A stretch of 64,000 bases of DNA from an uncultured Alphaproteobacteria bacterium (GTDB lineage: Bacteria; Pseudomonadota; Alphaproteobacteria; Rs-D84): contig CALXXY010000002.1 in NCBI GenBank assembly GCA_944392815.1, positions 128,001 through 192,000 on the forward strand. Direction: 5' to 3'. A program made the translations under genes and the position numbers. Positions 31,270-40,132 of this stretch are shown here, piece after piece. The first letter of the stretch is position 1. Each line of letters opens with the position of its first letter. The notes under the pieces were generated by a model. It made no database searches and was not told where the DNA came from. It worked only from the letters and a program-made list of their open reading frames with translations.

Positions 31270-32056
31270 TCCCCTGGTTTAATAATCGTTTGTACGCTTC
31301 TTTTTTTGAAATTCCTGTTCGCTGGGCCAATTGTGCCGCCGCAGATTTAGTATTTTCCCCCGCGATATCATTGATAATTTCAGATATTTCCGCGTCCGAC
31401 ATTTTATGTTCAGGCGCCGGTGCAACAACAATAACAATTTCACCCCGTGGCGGTTCTATGTGCAATAAATCCGCGGGATATCCGATAATTGCCTGTTCAT
31501 GAATTTTGGTAATTTCGCGAACAAGTGCAATCTGACGTTCAGGCATAACCCGCGCCAGCGCAGCAATCGTTGTCATAATGCGATTTGGACTTTCGTAATA
31601 AATAATAGTATGACGAATTTTGTTATCATCACGCAGTTTTTTTTCATCAAAAAATCCACAAAACGTAAATCTGTCGGTTGCAAACCCAGACAACACCAGC
31701 GCAGAAATCGCCGCCACCGGCCCCGGCACAACGTACACAGGAATATTTGCCGCCCGTGCCGCACGCACCAATCGAAACCCCGGGTCACTTATCCCCGGCA
31801 TACCCGCATCAGACACAGCCGCAATTGTCACACCATTTTGCAATTTTTCAATTAATTGTGGCACCACATCACGTTCATTGTGTTCATGACATGAAACGCG
31901 CGGTGTTTTGATATCAAAATGCGTGGCCAATTTGGCAAACACCCGCGTATCTTCGGCCGCAATTAAATCAACCCCACGCAACACATCGACCGCCCGCGGC
32001 GACATATCAGCCAAATTTCCAATCGGCGTTCCAACAATATAAAGCCCAGATTGCAT
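31256..32056 (-). CDS. rsmI: 16S rRNA C1402 2'-O-methyltransferase
   Basis: TPIGNLAD, AEDTR, SDAGMPGISDPG, YESPNR, REITKIHE. Confidence 0.96.
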   Translation of the reverse strand: MQSGLYIVGTPIGNLADMSPRAVDVLRGVDLIAAEDTRVFAKLATHFDIKTPRVSCHEHNERDVVPQLIEKLQNGVTIAAVSDAGMPGISDPGFRLVRAARAANIPVYVVPGPVAAISALVLSGFATDRFTFCGFFDEKKLRDDNKIRHTIIYYESPNRIMTTIAALARVMPERQIALVREITKIHEQAIIGYPADLLHIEPPRGEIVIVVAPAPEHKMSDAEISEIINDIAGENTKSAAAQLAQRTGISKKEAYKRLLNQGNADD

Positions 32057-32092
32057 TACAAATCCTTTTATAGTAAAATAATACAGAAATAA

Positions 32093-33721
32093 ATGGATTT
32101 TTCAATGCATATGAACAGATTTTTTGGATTTTTGGCAGTTTTATTAATGGCGGGCTGCGCCGGTGACACCACCCCAAAAACAGATTGGTACGGTGAATAC
32201 GGCGCACTGGAAACTGGCACCCCGGTGGCATTGCAGTATGGCTCGCCCGATTTGCAACCCGGCACCGCCACAGATAACCTGTTGGGCGCCCCAGTGCACC
32301 GCATGGCTGTAATGTTGCCAATGTCTGGTGACGCGGCGGATACAGGCCGCGCAATCCAAACAGCGATAGAGGCCGCCACCCTGCAATCCGCACCACAAAA
32401 TCTGTCGGTTGCATTTTATGACACTGCATCTGATATAAATACCGCAATCACAGACGCATTGGCCACAGAACCAGAAATCATTATTGGTCCAGTATTTGCA
32501 AATGACGTGCGCGCACTGCGCAATGCAAAACCCGCCAACACACCGGTATTATCATTCACATCTGATGCGTCCGCACTGGGGGACGGCGTTATGACAATGG
32601 CATTATTACCCACCAACGGGACCGAGGCCATAGTCCGCGAAATGTCAGCCGACCGTGTCACTGGATTTATAATTTTGGCCCCAGATACAGAATCGGGCCA
32701 CCTGATGGCGGGCGCGGCACAAAGTGCGGCTGAAATTTACAATATCCCGGTATCTGGAATCTTTTATTACACCGAACATGATTCAGAATCCATAAAATCC
32801 GCCACATTGGCCGCGTCAATGAACGCTGCGCGCAGTGCGGCCAACACACGTGCACGCGAAATATTGTCCGACATATTAACAAACGAACGTTTAACAGTGA
32901 TTGAAAAATCATCGCTGACCATACAATTGGATCGCATGTCAAAAATGGACGTAATCGGCGAATTACCATATGACGCCGTTTTATTCCTGGGCAACGGTGA
33001 CGACACAGAAAGTTTGGCATCATTCATGCGTTATTACGGTGTTGGGACACGCGACGCCCGTTTTTATGGCACAGCCCTGTGGGACGGATCTGATATAACA
33101 AACGATTTAACAATGATTGGCGCAAAATATTCTGCATTACCAGATATGGCACCATCATTTACAAATCTGTACGAACGCATATCAGGTGAATTTCCAAACC
33201 GCCTGGCCGGATTCGGATACGACGCCGCCAACATGGCGATGGGCATGATATATTCCCACAAATCAGACGCAGCATACCTGTTGGACCCCAGCGGCTATGC
33301 TGGTACAGCCGGCCTGTACAGATTGGAACCAAACGGCGAAAACGAACGCGCATTGCAAATTATGCAGTTAACTGGAAACGGCACACCGATTGTTGTACGC
33401 AACGCGCCAATAAATTTCATGACGCCAATTTACCATCTGCAACAGGATAAAATCAAACCGGCTGCGGCGATGGATTTGGAAACACCGGGCGTAAATCCAA
33501 ATGATTACATCAGTATTCCCACGCGTCTGGCCGACAAATATGAATCAGAAACATACGGCGCACATATAACCAAACGCGCCACGCCGACGCACCCATTTGA
33601 AACAATAACCATTTTACCCGAAGACGACCGGGACATCGTCATCACCACCCCAGATTTTCAACCCGTAAATCTGGAAACGGTTAACCGTACATATATCGAC
33701 AGTGTGGAAATAGAAGAATAA
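32093..33721 (+). CDS. LpoA/LppC-like penicillin-binding protein activator lipoprotein
   Basis: LMAGC lipobox, AVMLPMSG, IIIGP, GYDA; divergent from rsmI as usual. Confidence 0.8.
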   Translation: MDFSMHMNRFFGFLAVLLMAGCAGDTTPKTDWYGEYGALETGTPVALQYGSPDLQPGTATDNLLGAPVHRMAVMLPMSGDAADTGRAIQTAIEAATLQSAPQNLSVAFYDTASDINTAITDALATEPEIIIGPVFANDVRALRNAKPANTPVLSFTSDASALGDGVMTMALLPTNGTEAIVREMSADRVTGFIILAPDTESGHLMAGAAQSAAEIYNIPVSGIFYYTEHDSESIKSATLAASMNAARSAANTRAREILSDILTNERLTVIEKSSLTIQLDRMSKMDVIGELPYDAVLFLGNGDDTESLASFMRYYGVGTRDARFYGTALWDGSDITNDLTMIGAKYSALPDMAPSFTNLYERISGEFPNRLAGFGYDAANMAMGMIYSHKSDAAYLLDPSGYAGTAGLYRLEPNGENERALQIMQLTGNGTPIVVRNAPINFMTPIYHLQQDKIKPAAAMDLETPGVNPNDYISIPTRLADKYESETYGAHITKRATPTHPFETITILPEDDRDIVITTPDFQPVNLETVNRTYIDSVEIEE

Positions 33722-33726
33722 AAACA

Positions 33727-33744
33727 CCCCGCCAAATGGCGGGG
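33727..33744. terminator. Bidirectional terminator
   Basis: ccccgcca-aa-tggcgggg between convergent genes. Confidence 0.65.
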
Positions 33745-33752
33745 ATTAATTT

Positions 33753-34088
33753 TTATCGCTGTTTATAATGATCACAATACGTCGCGATTCTGCGGGCCAA
33801 TTTAATCGTCGCGATACAATGCTGGGGCGAACCAAAATCCCGTTCGAAATCCAACCCTTTATATTCAGGCACATTATAAAAACGTTCACTACATTCACTT
33901 GACTGATGGGATATCACCCTTTCACCATTTGGATCAATATACTCTTCTATACAGCACCCATCAATAGTCGGCCACATTTGCACCAATGGCAACCCAGGCA
34001 TTTTGTCTCTTAACGCATATCCCAATTCACAACGATATTCACAACCATCACACGTTTTAATCTTGTGTCCGTTTCTTTGTGTAAACAT
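33753..34088 (-). CDS. Cys-rich hypothetical protein
   Basis: 111 aa with AAGGGGG RBS; CxxCxxxC near N-terminus. Confidence 0.7.
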   Translation of the reverse strand: MFTQRNGHKIKTCDGCEYRCELGYALRDKMPGLPLVQMWPTIDGCCIEEYIDPNGERVISHQSSECSERFYNVPEYKGLDFERDFGSPQHCIATIKLARRIATYCDHYKQR

Positions 34089-34195
34089 AATAACCCCCTT
34101 TAATCACCCCCAGCATACCGCAAAACCCCATACAATCAACAAAAAACAAATTTACCCGCGATTAACCTGTGGTTCTCATCTCACCCGTCCAACAC

Positions 34196-34226
34196 AAAAT
34201 AAAAATGCCCCATTCGGGACATTTTT
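34196..34226 (+). repeat. 31-bp direct repeat copy 1 (terminator hairpin)
   Basis: aaaataaaaatgccccattcgggacattttt identical to 35132-35162. Confidence 0.9.
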
Positions 34227-34603
34227 TAACACATTGCGGCATCGGCAAACCCAAATTGTGTCAGCGAATTTTCACGCGCCTGGATACAAATAAATTGCAT
34301 TTCGCTGGAACCTGTATTTTCAATCGTACGCGCTGCACCGGTTGCAACACGAACCGCACTGCCCGCGACAACCGGGATTTGTTCACCGTCAACGGTTATA
34401 ATACCCGCGCCAGACAAGATTATATAAACTTCTTCGTTTTGATGATGCAAATGATTAAACGGAACCTTGAACCCGATCGGTACCACGTTTATCGACACTT
34501 CACAACTGGTCAGATTCAGCGCATCGTGCAAAAACGCCTTGCCGTTTTCACGCTTTGCAATTTCAGACATAGAACCAAAATCAGATTTAGTGTATTTAGA
34601 CAT
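34226..34603 (-). CDS. Cupin domain protein
   Basis: PFNHLHHQNEEVYIILSGAG cupin motif. Confidence 0.9.
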   Translation of the reverse strand: MSKYTKSDFGSMSEIAKRENGKAFLHDALNLTSCEVSINVVPIGFKVPFNHLHHQNEEVYIILSGAGIITVDGEQIPVVAGSAVRVATGAARTIENTGSSEMQFICIQARENSLTQFGFADAAMC

Positions 34604-34784
34604 TTATTTCCCCTTTTGTTAAAAACTGTGCTTAAAATATATGGCTAAAAAACAATTCTGTAAAGTACGCACAAAAATGTAAGCATACATACACATTGGT
34701 AACTTTTGCCGGATTTCCAGCACATAGGACGCCAAAAAAATTTTTTTAATTGTCATTTTTGTATGTTACTGTATAATTTGCAGT

Positions 34785-35120
34785 ATGAAACACAAAACCA
34801 AAGAAATTATATCCGCGCAATGCCCTGTTGCCCTGACGGTGTCACTGATTGGCAACAAATGGAAATTGATGATTATGCGCAATTTGCTGACACGCCCGTG
34901 GCGATTTAACGAACTGCAAAAAAGTATCGGAATTATTAGTCAAAAAGTGTTGGTCGATAACCTGCGCGCGATGGAATCGGACGGCCTAATAATCAGAACG
35001 GTGTTTCCGGCGGTTCCACCGCACGTTGAATACTCGCTGTCCGAACTGGGCCAGTCAATGCGTCCGATATTACGGGCAATGGAAAAATGGGGCACCGAAT
35101 ACCAAAAAAAACGTTTATAG
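34785..35120 (+). CDS. HxlR family winged-helix transcriptional regulator
   Basis: CPV..T..LIGNKWKL, RFNELQK, VPPHVEYSLSELG. Confidence 0.93.
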   Translation: MKHKTKEIISAQCPVALTVSLIGNKWKLMIMRNLLTRPWRFNELQKSIGIISQKVLVDNLRAMESDGLIIRTVFPAVPPHVEYSLSELGQSMRPILRAMEKWGTEYQKKRL

Positions 35121-35131
35121 AATAAATATAT

Positions 35132-35162
35132 AAAATAAAAATGCCCCATTCGGGACATTTTT
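35132..35162 (+). repeat. 31-bp direct repeat copy 2 (terminator after tRNA-Tyr and hxlR)
   Basis: Identical to 34196-34226. Confidence 0.9.
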
Positions 35163-35166
35163 ATTT

Positions 35167-35253
35167 TGGTGGGAGTGGGTGGATTCGAACCACCTCAGGC
35201 TTAAGCCAACAGATTTACAGTCTGCCCCGGCTCTCCAACTCCGGCGCACGCCC
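35167..35253 (-). tRNA. tRNA-Tyr(GTA)
   Basis: Cloverleaf with GCAGA-CTGTAAA-TCTGT anticodon arm, long variable arm, TTCGAAT loop, encoded CCA. Confidence 0.95.
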
Positions 35254-35332
35254 AATCTCTATTCCGCCCGCCTTCGCCAATGGCTTCGGTGGGCAATGGA
35301 TTTTCAGCCCTTGCTTCGCTGCGGTGAAAATC

Positions 35333-35351
35333 CTTGGTGCGGGCAGCGGGA
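35333..35351 (-). repeat. Duplicate of tRNA-Gly 3' end (att-like)
   Basis: cttggtgcgggcagcggga identical to 35448-35466. Confidence 0.85.
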
Positions 35352-35449
35352 AACCGCGCGTATAAAAACACAACGAGTTGCGTTATTAGCAACGAGTTGA
35401 TGTTTGCGTCGCAAGGTTACCCAACTCAACTGCACCTTACCTATTCTCT

Positions 35450-35524
35450 TGGTGCGGGCAGCGGGACTCGAACCCGCATTTCAAGCTTGGAAGGCTTGCA
35501 TACTAGCCCTTGTACTATGCCCGC
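35450..35524 (-). tRNA. tRNA-Gly(TCC)
   Basis: GCGGGCA acceptor stem, CAAGC-CTTCCAA-GCTTG anticodon arm, TTCGAGT loop, ends ACCA. Confidence 0.95.
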
Positions 35525-35601
35525 AACAAATTCAAAGCCCTGTGATTATATACTAATTTTACCTAAACGCAAGTATTTTTCACAGGGCTGATTTAATTAT
35601 A

Positions 35602-36432
35602 TTACCGCATTCCGTGGATAATATCCTCCATTTCCAACAGGAATTCCATATCATACCCACGGGCCTTTAACCGTTGCAGCATGATATGTGCGGCCTCGGC
35701 TACACCCAAACTTTTGCAAATTTCGACCACAGTCACAATTTCGTCGCGATTCATTTTATCGGTTGGCATTAACGCCACCGCAACACCCAACTCACGCAAC
35801 GCCGCACGCATATATACCGCCCTGTTCCCGCGGCACCCGTATTCATACAGCGCCGCATATGTATTTGCATTATCCAAAAATTCATCATACAGATACGCAT
35901 TCGTATTTATGTTTTGCAACACGCGTTTTTCAATGGTTTCGCAAACTTTTTCATCAGAATACAAATATTCGATTGATGTCATGGCATTGCTGTTTGGCGA
36001 AAACGCGGCCTCCAGACCATCAGCAATCTGCTGTTTCCGCACAGCCATATCGGTAAAGAACTGGGCATTTTCAGCACACCCATACTGTGCCAGCACAGTA
36101 TATATATGTGCAGAATCCGCCTGCACCAACGCATCGGGCACATTATCATCAACAATTTGTTTCAGCAAAGCATCTTCGACAACCGCGCAGGCCGGACGAA
36201 TTGTGTTTTCTGTATCCGCGTCACTGGCCACAGTGTCGACCGGCGCCGCAACCACAGCATCGGCCACAAAACCACCATTTTGTGCGCCGCGTTTGCCAAT
36301 AATACCACCATCATACAGCACCCAGGCGGTTGCCCCCGCAACAATCAACACCACAAAAAACAGCCACCACCACACACGACGACGATGCCGTTTTTGTTGT
36401 GCAACATTTGAATTTGATTTTTTCTCTCTCAT
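35602..36432 (-). CDS. Membrane-anchored hypothetical protein with two Cys-containing helical repeats
   Basis: Basic N-terminus + TM; paralogous to 37363-38091. Confidence 0.85.
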   Translation of the reverse strand: MREKKSNSNVAQQKRHRRRVWWWLFFVVLIVAGATAWVLYDGGIIGKRGAQNGGFVADAVVAAPVDTVASDADTENTIRPACAVVEDALLKQIVDDNVPDALVQADSAHIYTVLAQYGCAENAQFFTDMAVRKQQIADGLEAAFSPNSNAMTSIEYLYSDEKVCETIEKRVLQNINTNAYLYDEFLDNANTYAALYEYGCRGNRAVYMRAALRELGVAVALMPTDKMNRDEIVTVVEICKSLGVAEAAHIMLQRLKARGYDMEFLLEMEDIIHGMR

Positions 36433-36453
36433 CTTTCGCCTTTTTTTGTTTTT

Positions 36454-36705
36454 TTATTTAATTGGCGGAAAACAATCGCCATCGGCCGGACAGCAATTGA
36501 ACCCCAAATCACCCATATCGGTATATACCTCGCCCGCACAGCAACCGTTTTCATCAACCGCCCCACCGTCAGGACATGTAATTGTATAATCCGCGCTGTG
36601 TGCATGATTTCCTGCATACAGGGCGATTCCGTATCCACAAAATCCACCCACCAAAAACCATACAACACATATTAAAATTATTTTCCAATTTAATTTTATT
36701 TTCAT
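36454..36705 (-). CDS. Small exported six-Cys protein
   Basis: N-terminal TM/signal; C-terminal domain homologous to end of 36702-37370. Confidence 0.8.
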   Translation of the reverse strand: MKIKLNWKIILICVVWFLVGGFCGYGIALYAGNHAHSADYTITCPDGGAVDENGCCAGEVYTDMGDLGFNCCPADGDCFPPIK

Positions 36706-37370
36706 AACGCATTACCATCATTTATCGGTGGATAGCACGTTCCGCCATCATCTGGACAACATGCAAATACTAAATTCCCCATATCGGTAAAAGTTTCTCC
36801 ATCGCAACAACCAAATTGATTGGGTTTGCTGCCGTCCTCGCACAGGCCAGACGCAACATTTCTGGCGGCTGTCTCGGCGTCCACCTGGACAGATTTTGAT
36901 TTATCAATTTCATTACAATCGGCATCATATTGATTCTGTAATAATTCCGTATCTGTATCCGACACACCATTTGCAACCAATGTATCTATATCAGATTTTA
37001 ATTCATTACATAAATTCTGACGCCCAATTAAATATTCGTCCAACGCAGATTGCGCCGTCATAACAACAGTTTCCACAACGGTTGTCACCGCGGGCGCCGC
37101 CGCCACCACCGCAGACGACGCAGACACACGCCCCGTACTGGTATTGCGCCGCCCAGTGGCCGAACGCGAACAGTCACTGCGATATTGCGCCTGTAAACTG
37201 GTCAATTCGGAACTTTGCGCATCTGTTGGCGATTTAATCGCGGACAGTTCATTTATGCGCGCCTGGATATCCGCACAACTGGCGCGTTCAGACACAGCCG
37301 CCGCATGCGCGCCACCGGCCATCACACACGCAATTATTAATGCCGAAAAATATTTGCGAATTTTATTCAT
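36702..37370 (-). CDS. Secreted Cys-rich hypothetical protein
   Basis: Signal peptide ending AHA; two Cys-bounded helical repeats; C-terminal six-Cys domain. Confidence 0.85.
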   Translation of the reverse strand: MNKIRKYFSALIIACVMAGGAHAAAVSERASCADIQARINELSAIKSPTDAQSSELTSLQAQYRSDCSRSATGRRNTSTGRVSASSAVVAAAPAVTTVVETVVMTAQSALDEYLIGRQNLCNELKSDIDTLVANGVSDTDTELLQNQYDADCNEIDKSKSVQVDAETAARNVASGLCEDGSKPNQFGCCDGETFTDMGNLVFACCPDDGGTCYPPINDGNAL

Positions 37371-38091
37371 TTATAATTTGTTCCATTTTTAATATGAAAT
37401 CAGTTGCCGGATCAATCAGTTGTTCAACTTTATCCAAAAATTCCTGGGCCTCGTGCTGCATATCCAGTTTTTTAAACGTATCTATGACAATTTCCGCATC
37501 ACGCGTTCCCATATTTTCAGTCGGCTGCAACGCACTGGCAATTTCCAATTCCCGCAACGCCAACGTTTTATACATATCCGTATTATCCGCGCACCCCCTG
37601 TCCGCCAAAGTGCTGTATGTATCCGCATTTGATAAATGGTTCACATAACTTGCGCTGTCTTCGGGAAACAGTCGTTGTTTCAACAATTGTTCAATACGCA
37701 CACACGTGGCCATAACCTCTGGCTGCGATTCCGCCACAGGCGATGCGACCACTTCGCGTTCAATCACAACCAACCGCCCCGCACAGCCGTTTGAATATGC
37801 GGTATTTAAATCCTGCAAAGTTTTTGCATCGTCCGGTGTTGCACCACGTTGGGTAATAGACACAATTTCATTGGCGATGGCATCACACTGTTGCGCATTC
37901 AACGCATTGCGCGCCGCACCATCATCACGATACGACAATCCCAAAATTAATCCACACGCAAACAGCCCAGCCAATGCAACGGCACTCCACACTTTATGCC
38001 CCACGCTGCAACAATTAATTGGGCACGCCTGTGCGGATTTTGCCACCCGCACTGTTTTATTTGACGATTTTTTTGCAACTGATTTTTTCAT
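37363..38091 (-). CDS. Membrane-anchored Cys-containing hypothetical protein
   Basis: N-terminal TM; shares modules with 35602-36432 and 36702-37370. Confidence 0.85.
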   Translation of the reverse strand: MKKSVAKKSSNKTVRVAKSAQACPINCCSVGHKVWSAVALAGLFACGLILGLSYRDDGAARNALNAQQCDAIANEIVSITQRGATPDDAKTLQDLNTAYSNGCAGRLVVIEREVVASPVAESQPEVMATCVRIEQLLKQRLFPEDSASYVNHLSNADTYSTLADRGCADNTDMYKTLALRELEIASALQPTENMGTRDAEIVIDTFKKLDMQHEAQEFLDKVEQLIDPATDFILKMEQIINE

Positions 38092-38135
38092 AAATCCCCC
38101 CTGCTGTTTATGACATTATACTATTTTTTAAAACT

Positions 38136-38846
38136 TTATTCCACAATCCCGTTATTGATTGTAATTGTTCTGTCTGCACGCGCAGCCAAATTCATATCAT
38201 GCGTCACAAATAACATAGCCATTTTTTTATCACGCACCAAATTCAACAATAAATCAAACACAGCCACCGCATGTGCAGGATCCAAACTGCCGGTTGGTTC
38301 GTCCGCCAACAAAATTTCCGGCGAATTCGCCAACGCCCGCGCCACAGCCGTACGCTGTTGTTCCCCGCCCGACATTTCACCCGGGAAATGCGACGCACGA
38401 TGCGCCACATTCGCGGCCCGCAACAATTTCATCGCCCGCGCATTTGCATTGCGTTCGTCCACGCCATTTGCCAACATAGGCAACGCAACATTTTCCACCG
38501 CTGTAAAATCAGCCAACAAATTATGCCGCTGATAAACAAATCCTATTTTACGCCGCCGCACAGCCGTACGCATTTCATCGTCCATTTTCTGCACAGGCGT
38601 CCCCGCCAACAATATACTGCCGCTGGTCGGTTTATCCAACAACCCGACACATTGCAATAACGTAGATTTCCCACTGCCCGACGGTCCAACCAACGCAACA
38701 ATTTCCCCACGCCGCAGGTCAAATCCCCCACCACGCAAAATGTGCAACGGTTGACCGCCTTCAATAAACGTTTTTTTAATATCACGCACAGACAACACAA
38801 CGTCATCATTTGATATTTTCGACAAAGATTTCAATATATTCGCCAT
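38136..38846 (-). CDS. lolD: Lipoprotein-releasing ABC transporter ATPase
   Basis: GPSGSGKST, MSGGEQQR, LADEPTGSLD, VTHD; follows lolC/E. Confidence 0.92.
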   Translation of the reverse strand: MANILKSLSKISNDDVVLSVRDIKKTFIEGGQPLHILRGGGFDLRRGEIVALVGPSGSGKSTLLQCVGLLDKPTSGSILLAGTPVQKMDDEMRTAVRRRKIGFVYQRHNLLADFTAVENVALPMLANGVDERNANARAMKLLRAANVAHRASHFPGEMSGGEQQRTAVARALANSPEILLADEPTGSLDPAHAVAVFDLLLNLVRDKKMAMLFVTHDMNLAARADRTITINNGIVE

Positions 38847-38861
38847 GGGTCAAAATTCCCC

Positions 38862-40115
38862 TTATTCATTTCTTAATACCTCGACCGGGTCAGTACTGGC
38901 CGCTTTCCACGCTGGATACAGCGTTGCCAAAAACGCCAACAATACCGCAATCAGCGCAATTCCCACGACGTCCCCCACCACCAATTTCGACGGCAATTCA
39001 GACAAATAATATAACTCGGCCGGGAATAAATCGCGTCCTGTCGCCCATTGGAAAAATTGCCGTATGGGTTCGATATAAATCGCAATAACAACCCCCAGCC
39101 CCGTTCCAATCAGTGCACCCAACACACCGATACTGGTGCCCGACAAAATAAATATTTTCATCATAGATTTGCGCGAAACACCAAACGTACGCAACACAGC
39201 AATATCAGTCGATTTATCTTTGACCAACATAACCAAACTGGACACTATGTTAAACGCAGCAACGATAACGATTAACATCAATATCAAAAACATAACATTG
39301 GATTCCACCTGTAATGCGCCAACAAATCCGCGATTTAAATCACGCCAATCGCGCACCACAAATCCGTCCGGCAATAAATTGGCCAACGCATCACGCACAT
39401 CTGTCGTCTGTTCGGGATCACGCAGGAACAAATCAATATGCGTGACAGCATTTGGGATATTCAAATATTTTTGTGCCGTTTCCAATGGCATAAAAATATA
39501 TCCTGAATCATATTCATACATACCCATGAAAAACGAAGACATCACCGGATACGACATGATCCGCGGCATAGACCCAAACGGTGTTGGCGTTGCATTATTT
39601 GCCGACACCAACGAAATCTGGTCACCCATACCCACGCGCAACGCCCGCGTCAGCGACGCCCCAGCCACCAATTCGCCATCATTAATTTTATCCAGCGGTT
39701 TTCCGTAAATTTTCGTACCTGTTTCCGTTTTCGCCGCCAAATCAGACATACGTATTCCACGTATCATCGCCCCGGTATTATTACCATTGGCGGTGGCCAT
39801 AACCTGGCCCTCGGCAATGGGGACGATACCAGTTGCATGTTCTGCGACAATTTTATTTTGGCGCATTTTATCAATTAAAAAATCATAATCAGTTATTGCG
39901 CCGTCCTGGTAATAAACAACCACATGCCCATTCATTCCAACAATACGCGACAACAACGTATCATGAAATCCGCCCATCACAGACATCACAACAATCAGCG
40001 TTGCCACCCCCAGCGTAATACCGATTAACGACACCCACGACACAACCGAACCAAACCCACGACGTTTGGCCCACAAATATCTGAATGCAACTTTTCTTTC
40101 CAGACGTGAAAACAT
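38862..40115 (-). CDS. Lipoprotein-releasing ABC transporter permease LolC/E
   Basis: LGVATLIVVMSVMGGF, VAAFNIVSSLVMLVKDK, YYLSELP, YPAWKA. Confidence 0.93.
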   Translation of the reverse strand: MFSRLERKVAFRYLWAKRRGFGSVVSWVSLIGITLGVATLIVVMSVMGGFHDTLLSRIVGMNGHVVVYYQDGAITDYDFLIDKMRQNKIVAEHATGIVPIAEGQVMATANGNNTGAMIRGIRMSDLAAKTETGTKIYGKPLDKINDGELVAGASLTRALRVGMGDQISLVSANNATPTPFGSMPRIMSYPVMSSFFMGMYEYDSGYIFMPLETAQKYLNIPNAVTHIDLFLRDPEQTTDVRDALANLLPDGFVVRDWRDLNRGFVGALQVESNVMFLILMLIVIVAAFNIVSSLVMLVKDKSTDIAVLRTFGVSRKSMMKIFILSGTSIGVLGALIGTGLGVVIAIYIEPIRQFFQWATGRDLFPAELYYLSELPSKLVVGDVVGIALIAVLLAFLATLYPAWKAASTDPVEVLRNE

Positions 40116-40132
40116 GTATTACCCCTGTTGGA

